Assembly: GCA_947449515.1 (NCBI GenBank)
Contig: CANFSD010000003.1
Location: 1-35,866 of the forward strand
Reading direction: 5' to 3'
DNA length: 35,866 nt
Source of the DNA: Bacteroidota bacterium
GTDB lineage: Bacteria > Bacteroidota > Bacteroidia > UKL13-3
Shown: positions 17,430 through 26,356 of the stretch, in pieces
How the letters are laid out: every line of letters starts with the position of its first letter
How positions within the stretch are numbered: position 1 is the stretch's first letter
Notes under the pieces: generated by a model
What the model was told of the DNA's origin: nothing
The model's database searches: none
Seen by the model: the letters and a program-made list of their open reading frames with translations, nothing else
Program-made: the position numbers and the translations under genes

Positions 17430-18266
17430 ATGAAATTATTATTCGACAAAATAGCTATTCAAAATAGCAAAATGGTTACAAAGACCTACAGTACCTCCTT
17501 TTCTTTGGGTATTGGATTTTTGGCGAAACGCTTTCAAAACCCCATTTATGCAGTTTATGGCTTTGTGAGGTTAGCTGATGAAATAGTAGATTCATTTCAT
17601 GGTTATCCAAAGAAAGAAATGTTGGCAGAGCTTCGTGCAGAAACTTTTACAGCAATTGAACGTGGCATCAGTACAAATCCTATTATTCATAGTTTTCAAG
17701 ACGTAGTTCGTAAATACAATATAGACCATTCTAGCATAGATGTTTTCTTACGCAGCATGGAAATGGATTTGGATAAAAACTCTTACGACCAGCGAGGCTA
17801 TGAAGAATACATTTTAGGTTCGGCAGAAGTGGTTGGCTTAATGTGTTTGCGTGTTTTTATGGAGGGTGATGATTCAAAATACGAAGCATTGAAACCTTAT
17901 GCCATGAAACTTGGTTCGGCATTTCAAAAAATAAATTTCTTACGTGATTTTAAAGCCGACAAAGATGGTTTAGGTAGAATGTATTTTCCGCAACTGAATT
18001 ATAAGCCTTTTGACGAGGCTACTAAAAGGGAAATTGAAGAAGATATTTTTCAAGATTTTGAATTGGGTTACCAGGGCATAAAAATGCTTCCTAAAGAGGT
18101 GCGTTTTGGCGTATATGTTGCCTATATTTATTATTCTCGCTTGTTAAATGTGATTATGCAATTACCAGCAAAATCTATAATGGAGGAGCGAATTAGAATA
18201 AGTGATAAACAAAAGTATGCTTTGTTTTTTGGTTCTTATCTCCGTCATAGCTTTAATTTGCTATAG
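17430..18266 (+). CDS. crtB: Phytoene synthase
   Basis: YSTSFS, YGFVRLADEIVD, SMEMDL, GSAEVVGLMC, LGSAFQKINFLRD...D...LGR.YFP. Confidence 0.95.
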   Translation: MKLLFDKIAIQNSKMVTKTYSTSFSLGIGFLAKRFQNPIYAVYGFVRLADEIVDSFHGYPKKEMLAELRAETFTAIERGISTNPIIHSFQDVVRKYNIDHSSIDVFLRSMEMDLDKNSYDQRGYEEYILGSAEVVGLMCLRVFMEGDDSKYEALKPYAMKLGSAFQKINFLRDFKADKDGLGRMYFPQLNYKPFDEATKREIEEDIFQDFELGYQGIKMLPKEVRFGVYVAYIYYSRLLNVIMQLPAKSIMEERIRISDKQKYALFFGSYLRHSFNLL

Positions 18267-18275
18267 GATTTTTTT

Positions 18276-18764
18276 ATGAACCTTTTTGTCTTACTTTTCC
18301 TATTAATCTTTCCTGCTGCTCCTAGTGAAGAGTTGGTTCAAATTCGAGCAGATTTTCATCAAGCAATTAGTGAGCAAAATTTAGCCAATGAATTGAATCA
18401 AAAATTGCAAGGAATTGCTAATAAAAGCAATTTGCAGTTAGGTTATGCGGGCGCTACCCAAATGTTATTGGCAAAGTTTGCCTTTTTACCCAATCAAAAA
18501 TACCAGTTGTTTTCTGAGGGAAAATCAAAATTAGAAAATGCAATTCGCCAGGACAGAAAAAATCCTGAACTAATTTATTTGAGGTATATCATTCAAACCA
18601 AATGCCCAGCTTTTTTAGGTTATAATCAAGATTTAAGCCGTGATAAAAACTATTTATTACAAGTGGTGAAAGCAATTGAAGACAAAGATTTACAAAAACG
18701 AATATTGGTCTTTCTAATTGTAAATGCCCAATTAACAACCGATGAAAGGAGATTATTGGGATGA
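18276..18764 (+). CDS. Hypothetical secreted helical protein in the crt operon
   Basis: Signal-like N-terminus, helical/TPR-like K...F..GK..LE.AI...P.FLGY. Starts 9 nt after crtB and has an ATGA overlap with idi. Confidence 0.7.
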   Translation: MNLFVLLFLLIFPAAPSEELVQIRADFHQAISEQNLANELNQKLQGIANKSNLQLGYAGATQMLLAKFAFLPNQKYQLFSEGKSKLENAIRQDRKNPELIYLRYIIQTKCPAFLGYNQDLSRDKNYLLQVVKAIEDKDLQKRILVFLIVNAQLTTDERRLLG

Positions 18765-19270
18765 GCCATGAATTTGTAATTCTAGTAAATGAAAAAGATG
18801 AAGAAATTGGCACAATGGAAAAACAGGAGGCACATGAAAAGGCCTTGTTACATCGTGCTTTTTCAGTAATGGTTTTCAATGAAAAAAATGAAATGCTTTT
18901 GCAGCAACGTGCGCTGAGCAAATATCACTCTGGCGGTTTATGGACAAATACCTGTTGTTCGCATCCAAGGCCAGGGGAAAATGTTGAACAAGCCGCACAT
19001 AGAAGGTTAGTTGAAGAAATGGGATTTGATTGCCCACTTAAACCTCATCAAACCTTTATTTATCAAGCTCCATTTGATAATGGTTTAAGCGAGCATGAGT
19101 TTGACCATGTTTTTGTGGGAGAATTCAACCAAGATCCTCAATTTAATGCAGATGAAGTTGCTTCTTTTCAATGGATAAGTTTGCCTGATTTAAAGGCTCA
19201 ATTGCTTGATAATCCTGAAAAGTTCACTGTTTGGTTTAGGATAATTATGGAGAATTATGTTCACTTTTAG
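18761..19270 (+). CDS. idi: Isopentenyl-diphosphate delta-isomerase (type 1)
   Basis: LHRAFSV, LLQQRA..KYHSGGLWTNTCCSHP, RRL.EEMG, EHEFDHVF. Confidence 0.96.
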   Translation: MSHEFVILVNEKDEEIGTMEKQEAHEKALLHRAFSVMVFNEKNEMLLQQRALSKYHSGGLWTNTCCSHPRPGENVEQAAHRRLVEEMGFDCPLKPHQTFIYQAPFDNGLSEHEFDHVFVGEFNQDPQFNADEVASFQWISLPDLKAQLLDNPEKFTVWFRIIMENYVHF

Positions 19271-19370
19271 GTCTTAAATGCTATTGCAATAATCTTCTTG
19301 TTCTGCTATTCTATTGGTATAAAGCATTTCATTGTTCTATTTTGACTCAAATTTTGTATTTTTGCATCTT

Positions 19371-19742
19371 ATGAGTGTACGTCAAGAGAAGTTTGCAGGT
19401 TTAATCCAACAACATTTGGCGGAAATTTTCCAACGTAACCCCGAATTTGTAAACCGGGAATTTGTTACCATTAGTAAAGTGGAAGTTTCCCCTGATTTGG
19501 GTTATGCCAAAGTGTTTTTGAGTTTGATAAAAATTCAAAATAGGGCGGAGCTTTTAAGAATTGTTAATTTGCAAAGTGTTCCAATTAGAAAACAATTGGC
19601 ATCCAAAATTAGAAACCAAGCGCGCATTGTTCCAGAGCTAAATTATATTATTGACGATAGCCTTGACTATGCTTTTCACATGGATGCAGTATTGAAACAT
19701 GTGAATGAGGAAGACGAAAGAAAACGAAACGAAAACCATTAA
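19371..19742 (+). CDS. rbfA: 30S ribosome-binding factor A
   Basis: RQEKF..LIQ..LAEIF, V.VSPDLG.AKV.LS, R.VPEL...IDDSL. Start moved to the ATG at 19371. Confidence 0.93.
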   Translation: MSVRQEKFAGLIQQHLAEIFQRNPEFVNREFVTISKVEVSPDLGYAKVFLSLIKIQNRAELLRIVNLQSVPIRKQLASKIRNQARIVPELNYIIDDSLDYAFHMDAVLKHVNEEDERKRNENH

Positions 19743-19759
19743 TTATTTGTGCTAAAATC

Positions 19760-20566
19760 ATGAATTACGATCCAATTAAAAAAGACCTAGGTATAGTTTT
19801 TAATCAAAATACTTTTTTGAGAAAAGTGTTTTATGCCCTGCTTGACTTATTATTATTACGCAGTTGGCATGTACACCGTGAGTTAAAATCATGGATGAAG
19901 AAAAACCCTTCTGCCCTTATTTTAGATGCAGGTTCAGGTTTTGGGCAGTATAGTTTTTATATGGCCAAACGCAGTAAACAATACACCATTGATGCGCTTG
20001 ATGTGAAAGAAGAGCAAATAGCAGATTGTAATCAATTTTTTAAAAAATGTGATTTAGACAATGCTACTTTTTCTTTTGGTGATTTAACCCAAAGCATTGC
20101 AAAAAATAAATATGATTTGGTAATGTGTGTAGATGTAATGGAGCATATTTTGGAAGATGTAACAGTCTTCAAAAATTTTAATGAGGCAATGAAGCCAGGT
20201 GCTATGTTATTAATTTCTACCCCAAGTGATCAAGGTGGAAGTGATGTGCATGAAGAAACCGGTGAAAGTTTCATAGGAGAGCATGTTCGTGATGGATATC
20301 CTGTAGCAGAAATGGCCGATAAATTAAAACAAGCTGGATTTAATAAAATGGAAATCCTTTATAGCTATGGAAATCCTGGTAAAATTGCTTGGCGCCTTAG
20401 CATGAAATATCCAATGTTAATGCTTAATTCCAGTAAAATATTCTTTGTGCTAATTCCCTTTTATTATATCCTTACCTATCCTTTTAGCTACTTGTTAAAT
20501 TGGTGGGATACTTATAGCACACATAAAACTGGTACAGGCTTAATTGTAAAAGCTTGGAAAGACTAA
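19760..20566 (+). CDS. Class I SAM-dependent methyltransferase
   Basis: ILDAGSGFG motif I, YDLV..VDVMEHI.ED, KPG..L.ISTP. Confidence 0.88.
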   Translation: MNYDPIKKDLGIVFNQNTFLRKVFYALLDLLLLRSWHVHRELKSWMKKNPSALILDAGSGFGQYSFYMAKRSKQYTIDALDVKEEQIADCNQFFKKCDLDNATFSFGDLTQSIAKNKYDLVMCVDVMEHILEDVTVFKNFNEAMKPGAMLLISTPSDQGGSDVHEETGESFIGEHVRDGYPVAEMADKLKQAGFNKMEILYSYGNPGKIAWRLSMKYPMLMLNSSKIFFVLIPFYYILTYPFSYLLNWWDTYSTHKTGTGLIVKAWKD

Positions 20567-20600
20567 TTGTCTGGGCAATGTTTTAAGGATTGCCTTCACA

Positions 20601-21830
20601 ATGAACCTACCTTTTAAAATAGCAAGTCGTTACTTCTTTTCTCCCAAAAAAAGAGGGGGCTTTAATGCTATTTCCCTTATTTCCTATATTTCTCTTTTAG
20701 GCTATGCCGTTGGTGCTGCCGCCTTGTTAATAGTTCTTTCTGTTTTCAATGGTTTTGAAGGGCTGTTCACCAAGATGTATAGTAATTTTGATGCAGATCT
20801 TCAGGTGTTACCCAAAACAGGTAAAAATATCTTAATAAGCGAAATACCCATTAATAAAATTAAGGAGTTTAATTGGTTAAAAGGGTATACTGCTGTTTGG
20901 GAAGAAAATGCCTTATTGCGCTACAATGGCAAGCAAACGATAGCAACCATAAAAGCTGTTGATCAAAACTATTTAATTACAAATCCCCTTGATAGCAATT
21001 TATTGCGTGGCTCCCTCCTTTTACAGCAAGGAGATACCTCTTTTGCAATAGTTGGACAAGGTTTGGGCTATCAATTGGGAATAGACCCAGACGATCAATT
21101 TCATTATTTGGGTATCTATTTGCCTAAAAAAGGTAAGATGGATATGCTCAATCCGGAAGGAGCTTTTGCCCATGGTATTGTGTTCCCGGTTGGGATTATT
21201 GGTGTGCAGGAAGAAGTGGACAATAAATATGTTTTATTGCCATTATCTTATGTGTTTGCGCAAACAGATGATAGTCTTCACATCAGCCATCTTGAATTAC
21301 GCTTGAAGTCTGGCGTTGATATGGAAAAAGCCAGGCAAGAATTAAACACGCTTTTTGAAAACAAATTTGAAATTAAAAACAGGTTTGAACAGCGCGAAAG
21401 TTTCTTTAAAGTGATGCGCTCCGAAAAAAGTATTTCCTATTTTATTTTGGTTTTTATTTTACTCATTGCCGCTTTCAATACCATTGGATCGCTCTATATG
21501 TTGGTAATTGAAAAAAGAAAGGATATCGCAGTATTTTCTAGTTTGGGACTAAATGCGAACCAAACAGGCCTCATCTACATTTACCAGGGTTTATTTATTG
21601 CAGTAACGGGTGGATTATTAGGCTTATTGCTTGGATATTTTGTTTGTTGGGGTCAGCAAGAATATGGTTGGATAGCTTTACAAAACAATGGAGCTGCAAT
21701 GCTTAGCGCCTATCCTGTAATGGTAAAAATCAGCGATGCATTTACCGTTTTTATTACCCTTTTAGGTATGGGAATTTTCACTTCTTTATACCCGGCTTGG
21801 AAAGCGAGGAAATTTGTTTTAGAAAAATAA
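20601..21830 (+). CDS. ABC transporter permease, LolC/E (FtsX/MacB-type) family
   Basis: IA.RY, ALLIVLSVFNGF, large periplasmic domain, IAAFNTIGSL.MLVIEKRKDI, three C-terminal TMs, YPAWKA. Confidence 0.9.
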   Translation: MNLPFKIASRYFFSPKKRGGFNAISLISYISLLGYAVGAAALLIVLSVFNGFEGLFTKMYSNFDADLQVLPKTGKNILISEIPINKIKEFNWLKGYTAVWEENALLRYNGKQTIATIKAVDQNYLITNPLDSNLLRGSLLLQQGDTSFAIVGQGLGYQLGIDPDDQFHYLGIYLPKKGKMDMLNPEGAFAHGIVFPVGIIGVQEEVDNKYVLLPLSYVFAQTDDSLHISHLELRLKSGVDMEKARQELNTLFENKFEIKNRFEQRESFFKVMRSEKSISYFILVFILLIAAFNTIGSLYMLVIEKRKDIAVFSSLGLNANQTGLIYIYQGLFIAVTGGLLGLLLGYFVCWGQQEYGWIALQNNGAAMLSAYPVMVKISDAFTVFITLLGMGIFTSLYPAWKARKFVLEK

Positions 21831-21839
21831 TCAGTTGTT

Positions 21840-22823
21840 TTAATTTTCTTTATAAACAACTTCCATTAATGTTTGTCCAACGGCCTTCAGGGTATTTCTA
21901 TCTATTACACTAATTTTATCGTTCACTGTATGCCAATGGGCAGGGAATCTGGTATCTGTTGATTCTGTGTAATGGATGATGTCTATGGTTGGCACTCCAC
22001 CCAATTCATTGATAAATTTATGGTCGTCTGTTATAAACCCTCCTTGAAAATAAAAGAAGTAATTACTATAACCTAATTGAACTCCTTGGTCCCAAACTTT
22101 TCTTAAAACGGGCTCTGCATATTTGGTGCTAAAACCCTCCCAAATAAAACGTGCATTATAAGCACCAACCATATCGAGTAAAATGCCATAGTTGGCTTTA
22201 TAACCCGGTTTGTGTGGGTTTTTGGCCCAATATTGCGAACCTAAACAATAGGTTTCTCCACCTTTATCAGATTTGCCAAGATCTTCTGCATCCAAACAAA
22301 TAAAATCTATGCCAATACTTGGTTTATTTTGGTGCATTATTCTTGCCATTTCTAACATAATAGCAACTCCACTTGCGCCGTCATCTGCGGCATCTATTGG
22401 TGTATCGTGATTGGCGGGATTTGGATCGTTATCTGCATAAGGTCTGCTGTCCCAATGCGAACAAATTAAAACGCGCTTGCTGGCTTTTGGGTTAAACGAT
22501 GCAATGATGTTTTTGATTTGCAATTTTTTCCCATCCCAATTTGTAACAGTGGCCTTTTGCTCTATTACCTCATCTGCATATTTTTTAAATTCTTCACTCA
22601 AATAATTACCGCAATTGGTGTGGGCATCACTGTTACATACGCGTGGACCGAATGACACTTGTTTCTCAACAAATATAAAAGCAGAATCACTATTAAAATT
22701 GGGGCTTTCTATTTTGTAGGTATTGCTTGAAGTGCTTTGTTCTGTTGTGGTTTTTTTCGGTTGATCCGAACAAGAAATTGCAATGAGGGCAATTATTGGT
22801 AGCAGTTTAGCGCGTAATTTCAT
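21840..22823 (-). CDS. M28-family lipoprotein, Bacteroidota glutaminyl cyclase-like
   Basis: Lipobox IAISC, FGPRV, HWDSRP.AD, A.DGASGVA, DAED.G, LLDMVG, TDDH, WHT..D. Confidence 0.85.
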   Translation of the reverse strand: MKLRAKLLPIIALIAISCSDQPKKTTTEQSTSSNTYKIESPNFNSDSAFIFVEKQVSFGPRVCNSDAHTNCGNYLSEEFKKYADEVIEQKATVTNWDGKKLQIKNIIASFNPKASKRVLICSHWDSRPYADNDPNPANHDTPIDAADDGASGVAIMLEMARIMHQNKPSIGIDFICLDAEDLGKSDKGGETYCLGSQYWAKNPHKPGYKANYGILLDMVGAYNARFIWEGFSTKYAEPVLRKVWDQGVQLGYSNYFFYFQGGFITDDHKFINELGGVPTIDIIHYTESTDTRFPAHWHTVNDKISVIDRNTLKAVGQTLMEVVYKEN

Positions 22824-22965
22824 TTGGTAAAAGTAGCAATTTAGAAAACAAAAATAAATTCAAATTTATTGCTGTAGCATTCTTCTATATTATTGATGCT
22901 GGCATTGCCCTTGTTGTCTGTTAAGATGCCAATAATTCTTTATATTTGTTTGTTAACCCTTTTAT

Positions 22966-25407
22966 ATGAAGTATAGAATTTTGCTTTTTAGTCTTTTTTG
23001 TTTTCAATTGGTTTCGGCCCAAAACACTTTTAATAGTTATTTAAAGGACGCTACCACTTCTAGGGAACATTCATTAGACATTGTTAAAATGAAAGTTACC
23101 CTTTCATTTGACACACAAAAAGGACAGGTTATTGGGAAGGTGAGCCACCAATTTAGGGTACTTCAAAAACGTGTTGATTCTGTGTTCTTTGATGCTCCCG
23201 GTATTAAGTTTTCTTCGGCCAAATTGAATGGAGAAAATTTAAAATATGCTTGTGATAAGAATGGTATTTGGGTTTTTCCTGCAATTGCCTTTACCTGGGA
23301 TCAATTGGCTGAAATTAGTTTTGAGTATACAGCTACGCCAAGAAAAGGCATATATTTTATCGGGTGGAATTTGCCCGAACCAAAAGTGAGCGATCCGTTT
23401 GCTGTGCGCAAACAAATTTGGACACAAGGACAGGGAGTTGATAATCGTTATTGGATTCCCATGTACGATGATATGAATGACAAATTTATAACTGAAACCA
23501 TAACTACTTTTGATAAGAACTACCAGGTATTGAGCAATGGTAAATTAATTAGTAAAAAAGAAAATAAAAACGGCACCATCACTTGGCATTATGCTATGAG
23601 TAAACCGCATGCAGGTTATTTACTAATGTTGGGAATAGGTAAATATGCCGTTGCTACTGCAAAAAGCAAGAGTGGCGTGCCTTTACAGTTTTGGTATTAT
23701 CCAGAATTTGAAGAAAGAATGGAGCCTACCTTTAGGTATTCTGCACAAATGATTGATTTTTTAGAAGCAAAAACAGGCATTCCTTATCCTTGGGAAAGTT
23801 ATAGTCAAATTATGGTGCAAGATTTTCTTTATGGCGCTATGGAAAATACTACCGCAACTATCTTCGGCGACTTTTTTAACGTGGATGCAAGGGCATTTTT
23901 AGATAGGAATTATATTGGGGTAAATTGCCATGAATTAACCCATCAATGGTTTGGTGATTTTATTACTGCGCGTGATAGCAGAGATGCCTGGTTGCAAGAG
24001 AGTTTTGCCACCTATTTCCCAAAACAATTATCAAAGGTTTTAGATGGTGAAGATGAATGGAATTGGCAACGAAGGGCTCACCAGAATTCGGCAATAGATG
24101 CGGGGAAAAAAGACAATTTTGCTGTCAGACATACTGCTGGGGGAACTGCCAGGGTTTATCCAAAAGGGGCTGCTGTTATTAGCATGTTGGAATATGTTTT
24201 GGGTGAAGAACAATGGTTGCGTGTATTAAATCATTATTTGAAAACACATGCCTATGCCAATGTTGAAACCAATGATTTGCAACAAGCGGTAAAAGATGTT
24301 TTGGGACTTAATTTAGATTGGTTTTTCGACGAATGGATTCTTAGAGGTGGAGAGCCAAATTTTTCTGTCCATTATGAGGTATTAACTTATTTAAATGGTT
24401 CACGCGGAATTGAAATTGCCATTGAACAAGTTCAAAAAATGGATGAAACAATTCATGCATTTAAGATGCCTGTAAAGCTTGAGGTGCATTTTACAGATGG
24501 TTCAGTTATGCAAGTGAGTGATGTTATTGACGAGCAGTTTGAGGTAATTAAAACGCCTTCTATAGGCGATAAACAGGTAGCTTTTGTTTTGTTCGATCCC
24601 AATTCAACTATTTTAAAACAGGTTTCTTTTAATAAATCCTTTAATGAACTGACTGCCCAACTAAAAGATGCTCCTTATTTGCTAGATAGGTATGATGCCT
24701 TGGTTGAAATGAGAAAGTTTCCTATTGAACAAAAACGATTGGCAGTGCTAGCAGTTTTTCATCGCGAAAAACATGAGGGAATTATCAATGAGGCAATTTC
24801 CCAGCTTGCTGCAGACAAGGAGTTAAATACTATGGAAGCGTTGAAGGCACTTAGCTTATTTCCTAAAGCTGCAGTTAGAGATCAACTTTTGAAGTGCATT
24901 GAACCAAACCTTGCCTATAAAATGATTTTCGAAAAAGGGTTAAACGATAGCAGCTACGATGTTGCAAAAACAGCCTTGGAAAAGCTGTGTAATTTTTATC
25001 CTACGGAGGTAAATGGCTTTTTGGAGGCTACCAAAAATATGCATGGGATGTTTCATACAAATAGAATGAAATGGCTAGAATTGAGCATATTTTATAAGGT
25101 AAATGAGGAAGAAGCGAGAAAAGAATTGTCAATTTTTGCATCACCTAATTTTGAATTCAGAACAAGGGGGCAAGCTTTTAACATTTTAAAATCAACCCAA
25201 ACCTTTAACCAAGATGTAATTGCTTCTCTGTTTCAAGCAATGCTCTCTACCAATAGCAGGTTGGCGGGTCCAGCTGCAGATTTAGCCAACTACTTTTCGG
25301 CAAACCTTGAATACAAGGCGGCTATGCGAAATTACTACCAAAACCAAAACTATTCTGTTCAAGACAAGGAAATATTGAGTAAAAATATATTTTTGTTGAA
25401 GAACTAA
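22966..25407 (+). CDS. M1 family zinc aminopeptidase with helical-repeat C-terminus
   Basis: GAMEN, HELTHQWFG...WLQES (HExxH-x18-E), YPKGA; signal peptide VSA-Q. Confidence 0.93.
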   Translation: MKYRILLFSLFCFQLVSAQNTFNSYLKDATTSREHSLDIVKMKVTLSFDTQKGQVIGKVSHQFRVLQKRVDSVFFDAPGIKFSSAKLNGENLKYACDKNGIWVFPAIAFTWDQLAEISFEYTATPRKGIYFIGWNLPEPKVSDPFAVRKQIWTQGQGVDNRYWIPMYDDMNDKFITETITTFDKNYQVLSNGKLISKKENKNGTITWHYAMSKPHAGYLLMLGIGKYAVATAKSKSGVPLQFWYYPEFEERMEPTFRYSAQMIDFLEAKTGIPYPWESYSQIMVQDFLYGAMENTTATIFGDFFNVDARAFLDRNYIGVNCHELTHQWFGDFITARDSRDAWLQESFATYFPKQLSKVLDGEDEWNWQRRAHQNSAIDAGKKDNFAVRHTAGGTARVYPKGAAVISMLEYVLGEEQWLRVLNHYLKTHAYANVETNDLQQAVKDVLGLNLDWFFDEWILRGGEPNFSVHYEVLTYLNGSRGIEIAIEQVQKMDETIHAFKMPVKLEVHFTDGSVMQVSDVIDEQFEVIKTPSIGDKQVAFVLFDPNSTILKQVSFNKSFNELTAQLKDAPYLLDRYDALVEMRKFPIEQKRLAVLAVFHREKHEGIINEAISQLAADKELNTMEALKALSLFPKAAVRDQLLKCIEPNLAYKMIFEKGLNDSSYDVAKTALEKLCNFYPTEVNGFLEATKNMHGMFHTNRMKWLELSIFYKVNEEEARKELSIFASPNFEFRTRGQAFNILKSTQTFNQDVIASLFQAMLSTNSRLAGPAADLANYFSANLEYKAAMRNYYQNQNYSVQDKEILSKNIFLLKN

Positions 25408-25417
25408 TAAAAACCTA

Positions 25418-26092
25418 ATGAGAAAAATCTATACCCTACTGCTTTCTTTAGTGGCATTTATGCCCACAAAAGCGCAAGTGAGCACTTATTCCACCTCAAG
25501 TGGCGAACTTATTTTTTCCTTTGCAGATTATAAAATTAAAGGGGAACAAATAAACACACCAGTGCGATTTACATGCTTCTTTCACCTTGGCAGCTTCCAA
25601 CATTTTGATTTTAATGACAAGGTGGGCATTTACACAGGTGCTGCAATTAGAAATGTTGGATTTATTTCAACAAGAGGAGATTCTATGATTAAAAGGAGAA
25701 ACTATTATGTTGGTATTCCTTTGGCAATAAAAATTGGAAACCTAGACGAAGATACTTACTTGTATGCAGGCGTAGAAGGAGAAATAGCTTTGAATTACAA
25801 AGAAAAAATATTTGTAAATGAAGACAAAGTTCACAAGTTTAATGTTTGGTTCAGTAACCGAACCAATGCTTTTATGCCGAGTGTATTTATGGGCGTTAAC
25901 CTAAAAGGAGGCTTTAACATGAAATTTAAATATTATTTGTCTGATTTTTACAATAAAAATTTCGTGGCAAGTGGCGAAAAGATCTATGCAAACACCACCA
26001 GCCAAATGTTCTATTTTTCTGTAGCTATGAATGTTCGTAACACTTCTTATAGCAGATCAAGGTCAAATAAAACCTATAACCAAGGCTTGTAG
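25418..26092 (+). CDS. Outer-membrane beta-barrel-like hypothetical protein
   Basis: Signal peptide TKA-Q, YVGIPLAIKIG...YLYAG strand pattern typical of PorT-like barrels. Confidence 0.7.
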   Translation: MRKIYTLLLSLVAFMPTKAQVSTYSTSSGELIFSFADYKIKGEQINTPVRFTCFFHLGSFQHFDFNDKVGIYTGAAIRNVGFISTRGDSMIKRRNYYVGIPLAIKIGNLDEDTYLYAGVEGEIALNYKEKIFVNEDKVHKFNVWFSNRTNAFMPSVFMGVNLKGGFNMKFKYYLSDFYNKNFVASGEKIYANTTSQMFYFSVAMNVRNTSYSRSRSNKTYNQGL

Positions 26093-26112
26093 CGATTTTG
26101 GTTCAAATACTT

Positions 26113-26150
26113 AAAATAAAAAAAGCACCAAAAGGTGCTTTTTTTATTTT
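26113..26150 (+). terminator. Intrinsic terminator
   Basis: aaaataaaaaaagcacc-aaaa-ggtgctttttttatttt perfect inverted repeat. Confidence 0.85.
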
Positions 26151-26153
26151 GGC

Positions 26154-26183
26154 TTTGTTTTTTATTAAATTCCAATACTTTTG
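26154..26183 (+). promoter_or_regulatory. metK promoter (-33 TTTG, -7 TACTTTTG)
   Basis: tttg at 26154-26157 and tacttttg at 26176-26183, immediately before the riboswitch 5' end. Confidence 0.65.
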
Positions 26184-26185
26184 CA

Positions 26186-26320
26186 GTGCATTAAGAATTC
26201 TTTCACTTTATTGGGAAAGGATGCCAACCGGGAAGAACGCCACGGTGGTAAAGCAATGCGGACTTTCTTGTCAAATATAGTTCACCAATATCTGCGAAGA
26301 GTCCTCAAAGTTTGCTTAGT
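26186..26320 (+). ncRNA. SAM riboswitch, SAM-I/IV-variant type
   Basis: P1 GCATT 26188-92 / AATGC 26255-59; AUUAAGA J1/2 motif; P2 TTCTTTC/GAAAGGA; P3 TGCCAACCG/CGGTGGTA containing the CAACC...GGUG SAM-binding core; 3' hairpin GGACTTT/AGAGTCC; located in the metK leader. Confidence 0.75.
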
Positions 26321-26356
26321 GTTAACTTGAAATATTTTTAAAAAAGAACATAAAAC

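Noticed and set aside
26098-26280. 60-aa ORF upstream of metK as a leader peptide
   Set aside because: It has a TTG start and spans the terminator, promoter and riboswitch, so it cannot be on the metK transcript.
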